The notes under the pieces: generated by a model
What the model was told of the DNA's origin: nothing
What the model saw: the letters and a program-made list of their open reading frames with translations, nothing else
Databases searched by the model: none
Assembly (NCBI GenBank): GCA_965287045.1
Contig: OZ336887.1
Coordinates: 30,876,001 to 30,940,000, forward strand
Length of the DNA: 64,000 bases
Reading direction: 5' to 3'
DNA from: Carcharhinus amblyrhynchos
Taxonomy: Eukaryota
Position numbers and translations under genes: made by a program
Shown: positions 38,676 through 50,479 of the stretch, piece by piece
How the letters are laid out: each line of letters begins with the position of its first letter
How positions within the stretch are numbered: position 1 is the stretch's first letter

Positions 38676-38822
38676 AAGGTAGTTGTGGGAGTGTAGTGGA
38701 TACTGGTAGACAGGTTATCACCAGAAATGGAGACACAGAGGTCAAAGAAGGAAGAGATGTGTCGGAGATGGACCATGTGAAGGTGATAGAGGGGTGGAAA
38801 TTGGAAGCAAAATTGATAAATC
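38676..38822 (-). mobile_element. Continuation of the Penelope RT beyond the Gypsy insertion
   Basis: Minus strand reads FINFASNFHPSITFTWSISD...FDLCVSISGD, contiguous with YLDYSSSH. Confidence 0.8.
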
Positions 38823-39649
38823 TTTTTCTAGTTTAAAGTCCAGCCTTCAGATCATTAATCCAGGTCCCTGGATTATTAGTGCAATAATATAATCACTGTT
38901 CTACCACACGCCAACTTAGTTGGCTCAATATAAGTTGTTTAAAATCAGCATATGTTCCAAAGTGATGGTAGGATGAAGAAATGGTTACCATATTGCTAAT
39001 GTACAAGAAAGTGAAGCTGTTAATGAAAATGAAAATATGGAAGGAAGGAAAGAGCATCATAGTCTCCTCCATGAATGAAATCCATTTAACAGACAAGGTC
39101 TCCTATATTTGCACAAATTCACAGGCAAAATTATGAAGTTTGTCCTCAGCAGAGGGATAGGCATGGTGCCCTGCAGCACACAAAAGGATATTGGCTGAGA
39201 ACCTGAAGTGGAAAATAAATGGTTGGGCAATAGACAAAGAGCAAGAGATTGGGATTAAGTGGATAGCTCTGCTTAAGATCTGGCACAGGCATGATGGGTT
39301 GAATGGCTTCCTATGCAATAGCATTCAACAATTCTATAATCAGTGCCCCTGCAAGAGGACTCAGTTACCACCAACATTATATTGTGGCTGCAAAATGCAT
39401 AACCCAGATCATGCACAGCACCAACTCAAACACCAAAGTTACGGCAACTCCATTTTCCAGTTGTAAAAACTCTATCACTAAGAAGGACAAGCTTTGCAAT
39501 ATTGTGAGAATGCTGTTAAATGCCAGTTATTCTCCCTGTCACAGGCTGGAAAAATATCAGTGTTATTTCATTGTCATTGTCAGAATCTTGGAGTGTGGGA
39601 ATGCATTTCATGCAAAGACTGCAACAATTCTAGAAGGCAGCTTGCCACT

Positions 39650-40180
39650 ACCATATGAACGTGGAAAATAGGAGTAGGTCATTCAACATTTCAAGTCTAT
39701 TCGGCCTTTCAATATGATTGTGGCTGATCCTCAAACTCAACATCACACAGCTGTGCTCTCTTCATACCCCTTGACATTCTCAGAGTCTAGAAATCTATTT
39801 CCTTCTTCAATATATTCAGTGACTTGGCCTTCACAGCTTTACATAGTAGAGTATCCCACAGGTTCATCACCCTTTGAATGAAGACATTTCTCCTCATTTC
39901 AGTCCTAAATGGCCTACCCTGAATCCTGAGACTGTTACCCCCTTGTTCTAAACCCCCTCAGATAGAAAAAACAACATTTCTGGATCCAGTCTGCCTTAAT
40001 CTGTCAGAATTTTATACATTTGAATTGGATGCTCTCTCATTCTTCTAAATTCCAGTTAGTGCAGGCCCAATTGAATCAATCTGGTGAACCTTTGCTGCAC
40101 TCCCTCTATGGCAAGTAGATCGAATCTTAGATAACCAAGGTCCTGTACAGCTACAGTAACATCCTTAGTCCTGCATTTTC
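39650..40180 (-). mobile_element. CR1 3' fragment
   Basis: ataggagtaggtcattcaa tail; ttcatcaccctttgaatgaagacatttctcctc. Confidence 0.75.
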
Positions 40181-40612
40181 AGTGTCAAGTAGGGATGGGT
40201 AATCCATATCCTTCAAACAGACTATCAGGTCATTATCATAATGATGATGTGGGACCTTTCTGTGCTCAAATTGATTGCCATGTTTTCTAAATTACAACAA
40301 TGACTTCACTTCCAAAAGTACTTAATTGGCTGTCAAAGTCTTTGGGATATGATGGAATGCAATTGGTTCTTCTTGCAAATGTCTCTGCAGAGGTTTTGAT
40401 GAAGAATCTTACACCCAAAACATTAACCTGTTTCTATTTACTGCACCTGACGATCTCACTCCCTAACAGGCACTTATTTATTTGTTCACTGCTGTGGGCA
40501 TTGTGGCAAAGTCAGAATTAATTATCCATCCCTAATTGCCCTTGAGAAGGTAAGACACCTTCTTGAACTGCTACAGTCCATGTGGTGCGGCAGTAATAGT
40601 GATCTATTTCCA

Positions 40613-40735
40613 AGTAAGAAGCTCACAACATCAGGTTAAAGTCCAACAGGTTTATTTAAACCTGTTGGACTTTAACCTGGTGCTGTGAGACTTCTTACTG
40701 TGTTTACCCCAGTCCAACGCCGGCATCTCCACGTC
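40613..40735. mobile_element. Palindromic Penelope-terminus insert within an older LINE tail
   Basis: Inverted repeat 40613-40699 with perfect 23-bp inner arms; flanks duplicate gat(c/t)tatttcca. Confidence 0.75.
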
Positions 40736-41329
40736 AGATTTATTTCCAAGTCAGGGTGGTGTGTGATTTCGAGGGGAACTTGTAGGTGTTGGTGTTCCCA
40801 TGCATCTGCTGCCCTTTTTCTTCCAGGAGATCAAGCTCGCAGGTTTGAAGGTGATGTCAAAGGAGACTTGGCAAATTGCCACAGTACGTCATGCATTTTT
40901 TTACATATAGAAAATATGCAGAAGGAAGCCATTCAGATCATCATGCCTATGCCAGCTAGTAAAGAGCAGTCTAATTCCACTTGTTTTGTTGCCCTGCTGG
41001 CTACAGCATTTCAGGTGAACATCCGACATTTTTTAAATGTAATGAGACTTTCTGCCTCTATCAGTGAATTCAGTTCCCTTCAGCAACTGAATTTAAAAAA
41101 AATCTTGATTCCCTTCTACCAAATATTTCAAATCTATGCCCCCTGGTTAGTAACCTCTCTGCTAAAGTAAAATGGACTTTCCTGTCCTCTCTATCTAAGC
41201 CCCTCAGTATTTTACACACGTTAATGCCATTCGCAATTAAATATAGTAGAATTGCAGAGCTTTTTTCTGATCCATTGATCATGCTTAACTCTGTCTATAG
41301 CGTGCTTCTACTGTTCAACATTCAAGTAG

Positions 41330-41586
41330 TTTAAAGTTTATTAGTAACAAGTAGGTTTACATTAACATTGCAATGAAGTTACTGTGAAAATCCCCTAGCA
41401 TCACATTTTTGGGTACACGTAAAGGAAAATTTAGCATAGCAAATGCACCTAACCAGCACAGTGGGAAGAAACCCACATAGGCACAGGGAGAACGTGCAGA
41501 TTCCACACAGACACTGACCCAAGCCGGGAATCGAACCCAGATCCCTGGCGCGGTAAGGCAGCAGTGCTAACCACTGTGCCACCCCG
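41330..41586 (-). mobile_element. V-SINE
   Basis: Reverse complement ggtggcacagtggttagcactgctgcc...gggttcgattcccggc (A and B boxes). Confidence 0.9.
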
Positions 41587-43814
41587 TTTTGCAGCTTTAT
41601 GCGAATGACATCTCACTTTTAGCGAACACAGCTCCAGTTTTCACATTCATGCCTTCAAGGAACTTTAAGACCCAGAGGAAGCCTGTGATACGAAGTAGAC
41701 CCGCCCATTGTAGAGTTCCATTTGTCGCTTTTCTTCAGTCCAGTGAATTGGAGATAATGATCAGAGTGCGGCTCGCGATGAGATGGTGTCAGATACTGTA
41801 ACCCTCCACATAAAGGGCAACGGGAGCTCGGCGGAACTGCCATTCCGAGCCGTTTATAAAGAGCAGTGATTAATGGCAACTCTCCCCAGTCTCTGTGCTA
41901 TAAACTTTCACTCTGCTGTGGAGTTTGGAAATCCGCTCATAGTCTGTCAACTATTCAGTCTGGGGATGTGAAATGTTCCTGTCCAGCCGGCCAAGAGTGG
42001 CTGGGGGTGTGGGGGCGATCAGTCCACCTGAAAGCTTCAGAAACCCCAATAACTTATATAGAATGTACATAAATTATTTGTCAATGAGATGTGTTTTTAG
42101 AATTTCAAACTATATTTGCAAAAGCCCTACTTTAATTAGTGGAATTTTTCTGTACTAAGACGAGAGCTGCCCCGGTTTCTGGATATTGGACGGGTTTTCT
42201 TGAATGATGGTTCTGGGCGCGGTTAACGTTCCTTTTGTTAGCCACAAGTGCAGGTGACCTGTGCACTATTAATGTACAACAGGGAACAGGAGGAGCGCTG
42301 CAGAGGGGCGGAGAGAGAGGGAAGGGCAGCAAGATTCCATTGGAATTGTGACAAGGGAAATCAGTAATGTTGGACATCCGCACGATGAAGCTCTGAAACG
42401 CCTGGCATCAGCCTTCCAATGGACAGGGAACGTCTTGGGAGCCTGAGATGCAGATGATCTCATCAAAGCTCGTAAGGGTTTTATTATTTCCGATTTTAAG
42501 CACATTCTGGATTGGAGCCCACGAGTGGCTGAGCTAGGAAATGGAACCTTGGGAGAATGTGTCGGTTAGCAGCTCTGATCCTGTAGATACGGTGCTGTAA
42601 AGTCTCCTGGCTCCGCTCTCAAGTTTCTGCCTTCGGTCCAATTCTCAGTTCAGTGTAAATTAATTCTGCTCGGCTGTCGTCTTAGTTTTTGCCGTTTTAG
42701 ATAATTTGGCCCTTGTAAATCGAACTTGTTCTTCCAATCGTCCATCAGCGGCAGGTTTATTGTTCAATTATCCCATTGGCTCTTTTTTGCTATTGCACGA
42801 CCTCGGGTTTTTTTTAACGTTTTATTACTAGGCAGGTGGCAATACTCGCCTCTCGATCAGAGAACTCGGGGTTCCGAAAGCCCTACTCCAGGATTGCGCC
42901 TGCAATTGAAGGAGTGTTGTATTGTTGGAGGTTTTAAAACAACGCCCCCAGGGCTGCTGTAGGTCCCATGGAAATGTTTGAAAAGCAGATAGCCAGCTTG
43001 TGTCCTGGCCAACATCCTTCTCGCATTACTATTTATCTCAGTGGCCAAGTGAGTAATCAGGCCACAATAAAACATCCAAACAAACTTTAAAGAAAGAACA
43101 AACACATAAATAGCGCCTTAATGTGTCCTAAATCAGAAGTAGCTGCTAATTTGAGCACGAGATAAAGTGTCGATTGTTCTTTACTGTTTAATTAAATTAA
43201 TTTAATGAGATCAATTTAATGAATTTACTTTGCAAACACCCGAGTTTTTAAAATGTTATTTCCATTTCCTCTACAACATTATTTTAGCGTAACTATTGCT
43301 ATTTTAATCCAGTTACTCTGTGTTTCAGTGCAATTTCTCTTCGGTCACCTAACGTACTTCAGTATTTTACACCTGGATTAATTTACATTCAATGTACTTA
43401 GTTCTCTAATATAGATTCTCTAATACATGCTGTGACGAAGGATAATCAACACTCGAATTCACTCTCCACCGATGCTGTCCAACATTTTCTGTTTTTGTTT
43501 CAGATTCCAGCATCCTTAAATTTTTTTTTACTCCTCGAATATAATTTGGTTATGTTAGTTCATACAACCTATCAGGAATAATTGCAGGACCAATCCTAAT
43601 ATAACTCGTGGCAGTACCGGTTCCAACACACAGCACTGAACTTAAAAGATGAAAGTAATGGGACAAAATGGTATTTTGTCTCATCTTTTGTGTCTGTCCT
43701 TTTAAACTTAGTCATAATACTTAAACACTCTAAAACGAGTACTGGTCAGATGTCTGTACCAAGGTTCTATATTGATGCAAGATAAATTTCATATTATAGG
43801 TTGAACAATATTTT

Positions 43815-44180
43815 AAAACTTACATTTATAAAGTACTTTTCATGACCAGTGTCTCAAAACCTAAACATCCAATAAAGCACCATTTTTTAAAATGCACTTT
43901 ATAATGTAAGAAATGCAGTGACACATTTGTGCAGGACAAGACCCCACAAATAGTAATGTGATGATGACCAGATAATCTGTTTTTGTGATCTTAAGTAAGC
44001 AATAATTATTGACCAGGACGCTATGGAGAACTCCCCTGCTCTTTGAAATAGTGTTGTGATATTTGACATCCACGAGACAGAATCTCAGTTTAATGTCTCA
44101 TCTGAAAGGTGCAACAATCCCTCAGTCCTGCCCTGGAGAGTCAACCTTGATTATTTTGTGCTCAAGTCCTGTGGGCTTTC
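43815..44180 (-). mobile_element. Deu-domain SINE (SacSINE1/AmnSINE1-related)
   Basis: ggagaactcccctgctctttgaaatagtg...gtttaatgtctcatctgaaag...gattattttgtgctcaagtcc resembles the Deu domain from memory. Related remnants at 1-110, 40210-40370 and 42850-43170. Confidence 0.6.
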
Positions 44181-45289
44181 TAACAAGACTGCAATTAACA
44201 AAATTACATATCCAACTATTTGCTCAGATTATGGGGATAATTGGACTACAACATGATAAAATTTGGTCAGTTTTAGGCATGAATTCTAATGAAATACATA
44301 CATTAAAATATAGATAACCAGTTTTTTAAATCTGTGTATTGGGAGTCAGGATGGAGAAGAATTCTGCCTAAGTTGGGTTAGAAGGCTGGAAATAATTGGA
44401 CCACAGCTGAAGGAAGATTTCCACAAAGGTCAGAAAAGATCAATGGTAGAGGTGTGAAAAAGACGACAATGAAGAGATTGTGAAACAGAGCAGAGAAAGA
44501 CAGATGTTAGACCAGAGGAAGATAAATAAATGCCATTCATAGGGCAAAGGAGAAGACAGAGCATGGTTAGAAGTTGAGGGTGAGTAGAAATGAAGCCAAG
44601 ACCCAAGTTAGCGGATTCAGGAGGTAATGTAAACAGGGTCAAGGGTGGGGGAGGGGAATTTAATATTTAAATTGAAATTTGATATTTAAATTGAAATTTG
44701 ATATTTGACAGTCTTATTTGTGGGGGGGACAGCAAAGTTTCAGAGTTCGGAGTAAGGAGAATCTCTAGATGTCAGGACAGTTGAGAAGCAGATGTGTAAG
44801 AAAAGAGGGCAGGAGAAGTATAATGAGAGATTAATAGGGTAAAGGATGAAGAGAGATGTGGATCACAGAGTGACTGAACAGTTCTAGGAAGATAGAACAA
44901 TAATGTAAATGTTTGCTTTAGCTCTCTTTTGGAAGAGCAGTGGAGAGACAAAGGGACCAGAAGTAGAGAGCAGCAGGGTGCTGTGCTGCTGCAAAACAAC
45001 CCAACAAGCAGAATAGGTCAAATCCTTCATGGCAACATCAGAGATAGAGTGCATTTTAATCCATACAATTAAAGATACTGATTCTCATGTGGCATTAGGT
45101 GATATATTAATAATGTAAACAGGTATCATTGCATCTTCTGCAGATAAAGCAGAAACTGTGTTCATTTATCCCATTGTTTGAGTTTGATCCAAATACCCAC
45201 ATGTTTTTAAGTTGATACAATTACTCCCTCCCCAAATTTTATTTTGTGCTTCCCAATTAATTAGTGCTCAATTTTAATTTATAGTAATT

Positions 45290-47990
45290 AGAATCATAGA
45301 ATTCTTACAGCATAAAAGGTGATTTGGCCTGAAATGTCTATGCTGCTGTCTGCAAGAGAAATGCAGTTAGTATTACTCCCTGCTTTTCCCCCATAGCCCT
45401 ATAAATCTTTTCTCTTCAGATAATGATCTAATTCTCTTTTGAAAGTCTCAATCAAACCTGCCTGCTGCAGCATATTCCAGGTCTTAATCACACACGATGT
45501 AAAGATGCTTTTCCGCATGTTTGGTGTCACTTGGTTCTAGATTCTTCTGCCAGTAGGAACAGTTTCTCGTTATCTACTCTGTCAAGACCCATGATTTTGA
45601 GTATCTCTACCAAATCTCTTCTCACCTTCTTGTCCCAAAGGACAGACCCAACATCTTCAATCTATCCATGTAACTGAACTACCTCATCTTAGGAGCCATG
45701 CTCATAAATCTTTTCTGCACCCTCTCTAATGCCTTCACATTCTACCTAAAAAGAACTGGACACAATTCTTCAGCAGAAGCCAAACCAGCCTTTTGTACAG
45801 GTTTATCATAAGTTCTTTGCTTTTGTATGCTGTGCCCCGATTTATAAAGCATATTTTATTAATGATGTTCTTAACCTTCAATAATTAGTATACGCATACA
45901 ACCAGGTTGTCCAGACACATGATTACATTCTGTCTTGCCATTCAGAAAAGGCATGGGCCAATGCTGGAGGGCTGTGTGGGAATTGTCCCTTTGGGATTTG
46001 ACATGAAGGATATTGCATGCCGCAGCCTGGTTCAACAAATGGTTAAACTCATTTACAGACTCTCAGGTTGCCTGAAATTTCTGAGCCTGGAGGAGTCCAT
46101 ATTTATGTAGAGTGTGAGAGGTTGCAGCCCTTTTCCATTGTCTGAAGATACTACTGTTCAGCTTTTAGATACAGTTCAGCACCATATGCCCAAAACGAGG
46201 CTACCCGATCTGTGGCAAAGGAAGGCAGACATTCAGAGGGCTTCCTCATTGACCAAACCCAGGAACAACCCAAAGTGGCCATTGACAGATCCAGCCAGTG
46301 GGCAGTTGAGGGACTTGTTTGATCTGACAGCCATGGAAGAAAAGCAGACAGGAGTCTGCCCAGGTGTCCCTGGAGAGGAAACATGAGGCAATCATTGATA
46401 CACTTGAGGCTCTCCCTGACCAGTGGATGCAGAGGAGGAACTAGTGTGCATCAATCAGCTCTGGAGATGTTGTTTTAATTTAAAATAAAAGTTATCAACT
46501 TAAAGTTTTTGTTTCTGTTACAGTGGGGTAGTAGTACTCCTTTCAAGTAAGGTACTTAATTGGTTACAGGTTCCTGAAAAGGGATACAAGCCAAGAGCTC
46601 TCTAGTCCTTATCCCACTTTAAAATTGTATCCTTTATTTTACATTATCTCTCCCCATTCTTCTTGCCAAGGCACATTCTTTGCATTAAATTTCATCTGCA
46701 CTTGTCTGCCCTTGCCAACAACCTTTTGAAGCTCAACATAATCCTTCTTGTAGTTTACAATAATTCCAAGTTTTGTGTCATCCACAACATTTTAAATTGT
46801 GCCCTGTACATCTGGTCTGGGATATTTGCAATTCTCCAGTCTTCTGGCACCTTCCTTTATCCAAGGAGAATTAAGTTATCTACTGTGGTGTGAGCTTGTA
46901 AATACACTGTATATAAAAAGTAAATAGCATTTGGATGGATACCTTTGAACTTGTATAATGTTTGAAATTATACTTGAAACTAGTAAATCTGATGTGCCAA
47001 GTGTAATTTTACAAGATGTTAATTTTAATTATGGAATGCCTCCACAATTTCCACTCATACTTTCTTCAGCATCCTCAGGCACATCTCATCTGGTGAATCA
47101 ATTACAATTAAAGCAAGGATATCCAATACCTCCTCTATCAACTTTTAACCCATCAGATGTCTCAGCTATCTCCTATTTTACCATAACCATAGTTACCATA
47201 GAATCCATACAGTGCAGAAAGAGGTCATTCAGTCCATTGAGTCTGCACCGACTTTGGGTAAGCATCTCACCCAGGCCCAGCACCCCACCTTATCCCTGTA
47301 ATCCAGTGTATTTACCATAACTAACCACCTAATCCCACATCTGGGGACACAAGGAGGAAATTTAGCATGGACAACCCCCTAACCTGCACATCTTTGAACT
47401 TGAATAGCATCTTCTTGGGCACCATCTTTTTCCTTCGTAAAGACAAAAGCATTTTGTACTCCAGCAATGTCCATGCCTCATGAATGAATACCTGTTTAGG
47501 TCCCTGATCAATCCCACTCTTCCTTTTACTATTCATATGTTAGTTGCCAGTCTCTTCTCATATTCGTCCTTTGCTTTTCTTATTTTTTTTTCCCAATTCT
47601 CCTTGAACCTTTTATTTTCAGCCTGATTCTCAATTGCCCTATCCATTTTATGCATCATTTTTCTGCTTCTTCTATCCCTTTCATCATCCAGACTGCTCTG
47701 CATTTGTTTGCTCTTTTACCGTGATGAACATGTAACCTGATTGTACCAGATCTTTTTACAGGTAGATCATTGCTCGGTTAGTTTTGCCTGCGAAGCTTTG
47801 ATTCTAATTTATTTGGTCCAGATAAGGTCTCGGTCTTGAAGTTTGCTCTTCCCTATGCAATTCATCATTCTTATTCTGGGTTGATCCCTATTCATATCCA
47901 TGCGCAAACTAAACCTTATGGTACAATGGTCACTGTCCCCTAAATGTTCCCCTACAGATAGTCTACTTGGCCTACCGAATTTCTCAGGCA
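45290..47990 (-). mobile_element. Degenerate CR1 fragments plus an HE1-like SINE 3' part (about 47190-47400)
   Basis: tagaatcatagaattc tail, ttctgcaccctctctaatgcc, and EHLGDSDHCTIRF (endonuclease end). Confidence 0.65.
45925..46590 (+). mobile_element. Tx1-like LINE 3' fragment
   Basis: Translates to AQVSLERKHEAIIDTLEALPDQW, which resembles the Tx1 ORF2 C-terminus from memory. It interrupts a CR1 fragment. Confidence 0.45.
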
Positions 47991-49499
47991 TTAATAAGTT
48001 TGTTTATTAAAATGATTCAATATCATTTTATTTTACTTGGATTATGCACTTGTTGGGCACATGGGAAGCACAGCACCATCTAAGGCAGTCAAGTATGCTG
48101 AATCTATACTGGCTACGACTCGACTTGGTTTTCAGCCTCTTCACTGGGGAAAGGCCTGGCAGTCTTGCCAGCCCACTCTGAAGACAGCATTAAAAATATA
48201 TAAATCAGTTTACTTTATCGGAATTTCCCCAGCCTTTATTTCACTGTAATTAAACTCATCCGCTAAATTGCTACCCAACCCCAGTTGTATCAGCTAAATC
48301 ATTATTTCAGTACTAATGCTTGGTACAAAATGCTCTCCCCATTTAATGTTTTATTTTCATCTTCTAGCATTTAGCGCACGTGACCCCATAGGCTGCCCGT
48401 TTCTTTGATTATTACCATTTTAATATTTATGTTTGTGTCGTTACTTATATTAAAGTTTGTACAAGATTATTGGCTTGCTTCGGAGTTTTGACGGAATGAG
48501 AGATAGCAGGAAAACTTGTGCATTTGGTTGCAGGATGGAATAACCAACTGGGTTCCAGTGTCATTGTGTCAGCCGACTCTCAACACGCGTCTTTCTCCAA
48601 CATCGCCCAGTCCATTCGCTTTGATGCTTTCGGATTCCAAATCGTCGTTCCTGCACGTTTGAAAAGGTGCTCAGATTTAAAGCGTGGCCTGACATCTATT
48701 TGCGATTGTTCAGTCGGTTCTGGAGATAAACTATGTTATTTTAGTGCCATGTTTAAGAAGTGGTGTCAATCTCCAGACGTTCAGAGCAAATATCAGCCAA
48801 TTGGATAATGTGGTATATCCGCTTTAAATCCGATTGTGTGTCTCAAACCATGATGTCATTCTATAGCCTGGCCCTCGCTTATTTCCGTGGCCGGGAATAA
48901 TTTTTCGCCCTTTGAGATCTGAATTAGCTATTATCTTGCCGAACTGTACCAGAAAAATAGCCCGTCGGCGGTTTGGAAATCACCCGGCAGGAACAAAGGG
49001 CTCCCCGCCATCGCCTTCCTTTCAATAGGGCTGTCGAGTCAGTGAAGACGCCAGGGCTGTCACAGCCCATTTACCAGCATCAATCACTCAGCTCCCCACT
49101 GTCCAACCATCGCCCGACAATGCCACCGCCTCCAGAGCCCGGCACTAACAGGATCTCACAGCAACTGGCACCGGTTAATTACCCGGGGATCTATACACAA
49201 GACACAATCGATAAGGACAGGTACATATACACACCAGAGAACAGTAAGAAAAGACACCAGCACAAATTCCCGGAAAACACTGATCGCTGGGGGGAGAAGA
49301 GGGATGGTGAATGGGATAAGAGGAAAGTGAAGGAAGGTTTTAAAAAAAGCGTGGGAATGAGTGAGTGGGGAGTGAGTGAGGGGGAAGTAACTGTGGGGAG
49401 ATAAGGAAGTGACAGGAACTGAGGAGGGAAAAGGGAGAGAGGTTGGCGGAGCTGGAAGCGGGGGAGAGGGGGGTGGTGGGCGACAGGGAAGGGTAGTTT

Positions 49500-49850
49500 T
49501 AAAGGTTATTTATTATTGTCACAAGTAGGCTGACGTTAACACTGTAGGGCGTGGCATAGCTTGAACTTGGGTTTGGACATAGCTGGGTACAACATTGAGG
49601 GCCAAAGGGCCTGAACTGTGCTGTACTGTTCTATATTCTACTGCAACAAATTTTCTGGGAAAGTCCTCTAATTGCCAGTCAGGCACCTGTTCGGGTACAC
49701 TGAAGGAGAATTTCGCATGGATTGTGGGAGAAAACCGGAGCACCTGGAGAAAACCCATGCAGAGTCCACACGGACAGCGACCCAAGCCAGGAATCGAACC
49801 TGGGTCTGTGGTGCTGTGAGGCAGCAGTGGTAACCACTGTGCCACTGTGT
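49500..49850 (-). mobile_element. V-SINE with a ~95-bp LINE-tail insert (about 49545-49640)
   Basis: Head cagtggttaccactgctgcctcacag...caggttcgattcc; inserted gggccaaagggcctgaactgtgctgtactgttctatattcta. Confidence 0.8.
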
Positions 49851-50249
49851 CAGGGTAGGGAAGTGATGGTGAAGGGAAGTTAAGAGGGAGATATAGGAGA
49901 AGGCAGGGGTGCACAGAGTGAGGGAATGGGGGAAGGGAGGGAATGAAACAGTGGAAGAGAGAGGAGGGAGAGAATTGTAAGTCAAGGAAGTGAGCTGCAT
50001 TTGTGTATGTGCTTTTGGTTTAGGGACTGGATGTGGCCGAGGAGGTTGGAAAGGCAAACTAAGAAAAGCAAAGAGGAAGTGTGATTAGGAGTGGACGTGT
50101 GGGTGCGAGTTGGCAGCTGGATTGGAGGTCAGGAACTGACAGTGAAGGATGGAGGTAGGAGAGGGCTGGGCATTCAGTGTAGGGCTTGGGAATGAGTCGT
50201 GAGGCAAGTGAGAACAGAGAAAAGATCCAGCACACAGAGAAGAGCAGTG

Positions 50250-50251
<2 letters not shown>

Positions 50252-50282
<31 letters not shown>
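50252..50282. repeat. (AG)n microsatellite
   Basis: Read directly from the sequence. Confidence 0.95.
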
Positions 50283-50285
<3 letters not shown>

Positions 50286-50479
50286 CACACTGAACAAATC
50301 AACAAAAATGAATGATGTCACAGGGCAGCACATAGGTGATAAAGGTGAGGAATGGAGTAAGCAGGAGTGTCAGGGAGCAAGATATAAAAATGAAGTGACA
50401 TTAGCACAAGGGAAGGTTGCTGATTAATGAACAACCACTTATAAGTCTTTCCTTCATTTCAATTAAGTTTAGTTAAACC

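Noticed and set aside
44663-44700. 19-bp tandem duplication
   Set aside because: Ordinary local slippage.
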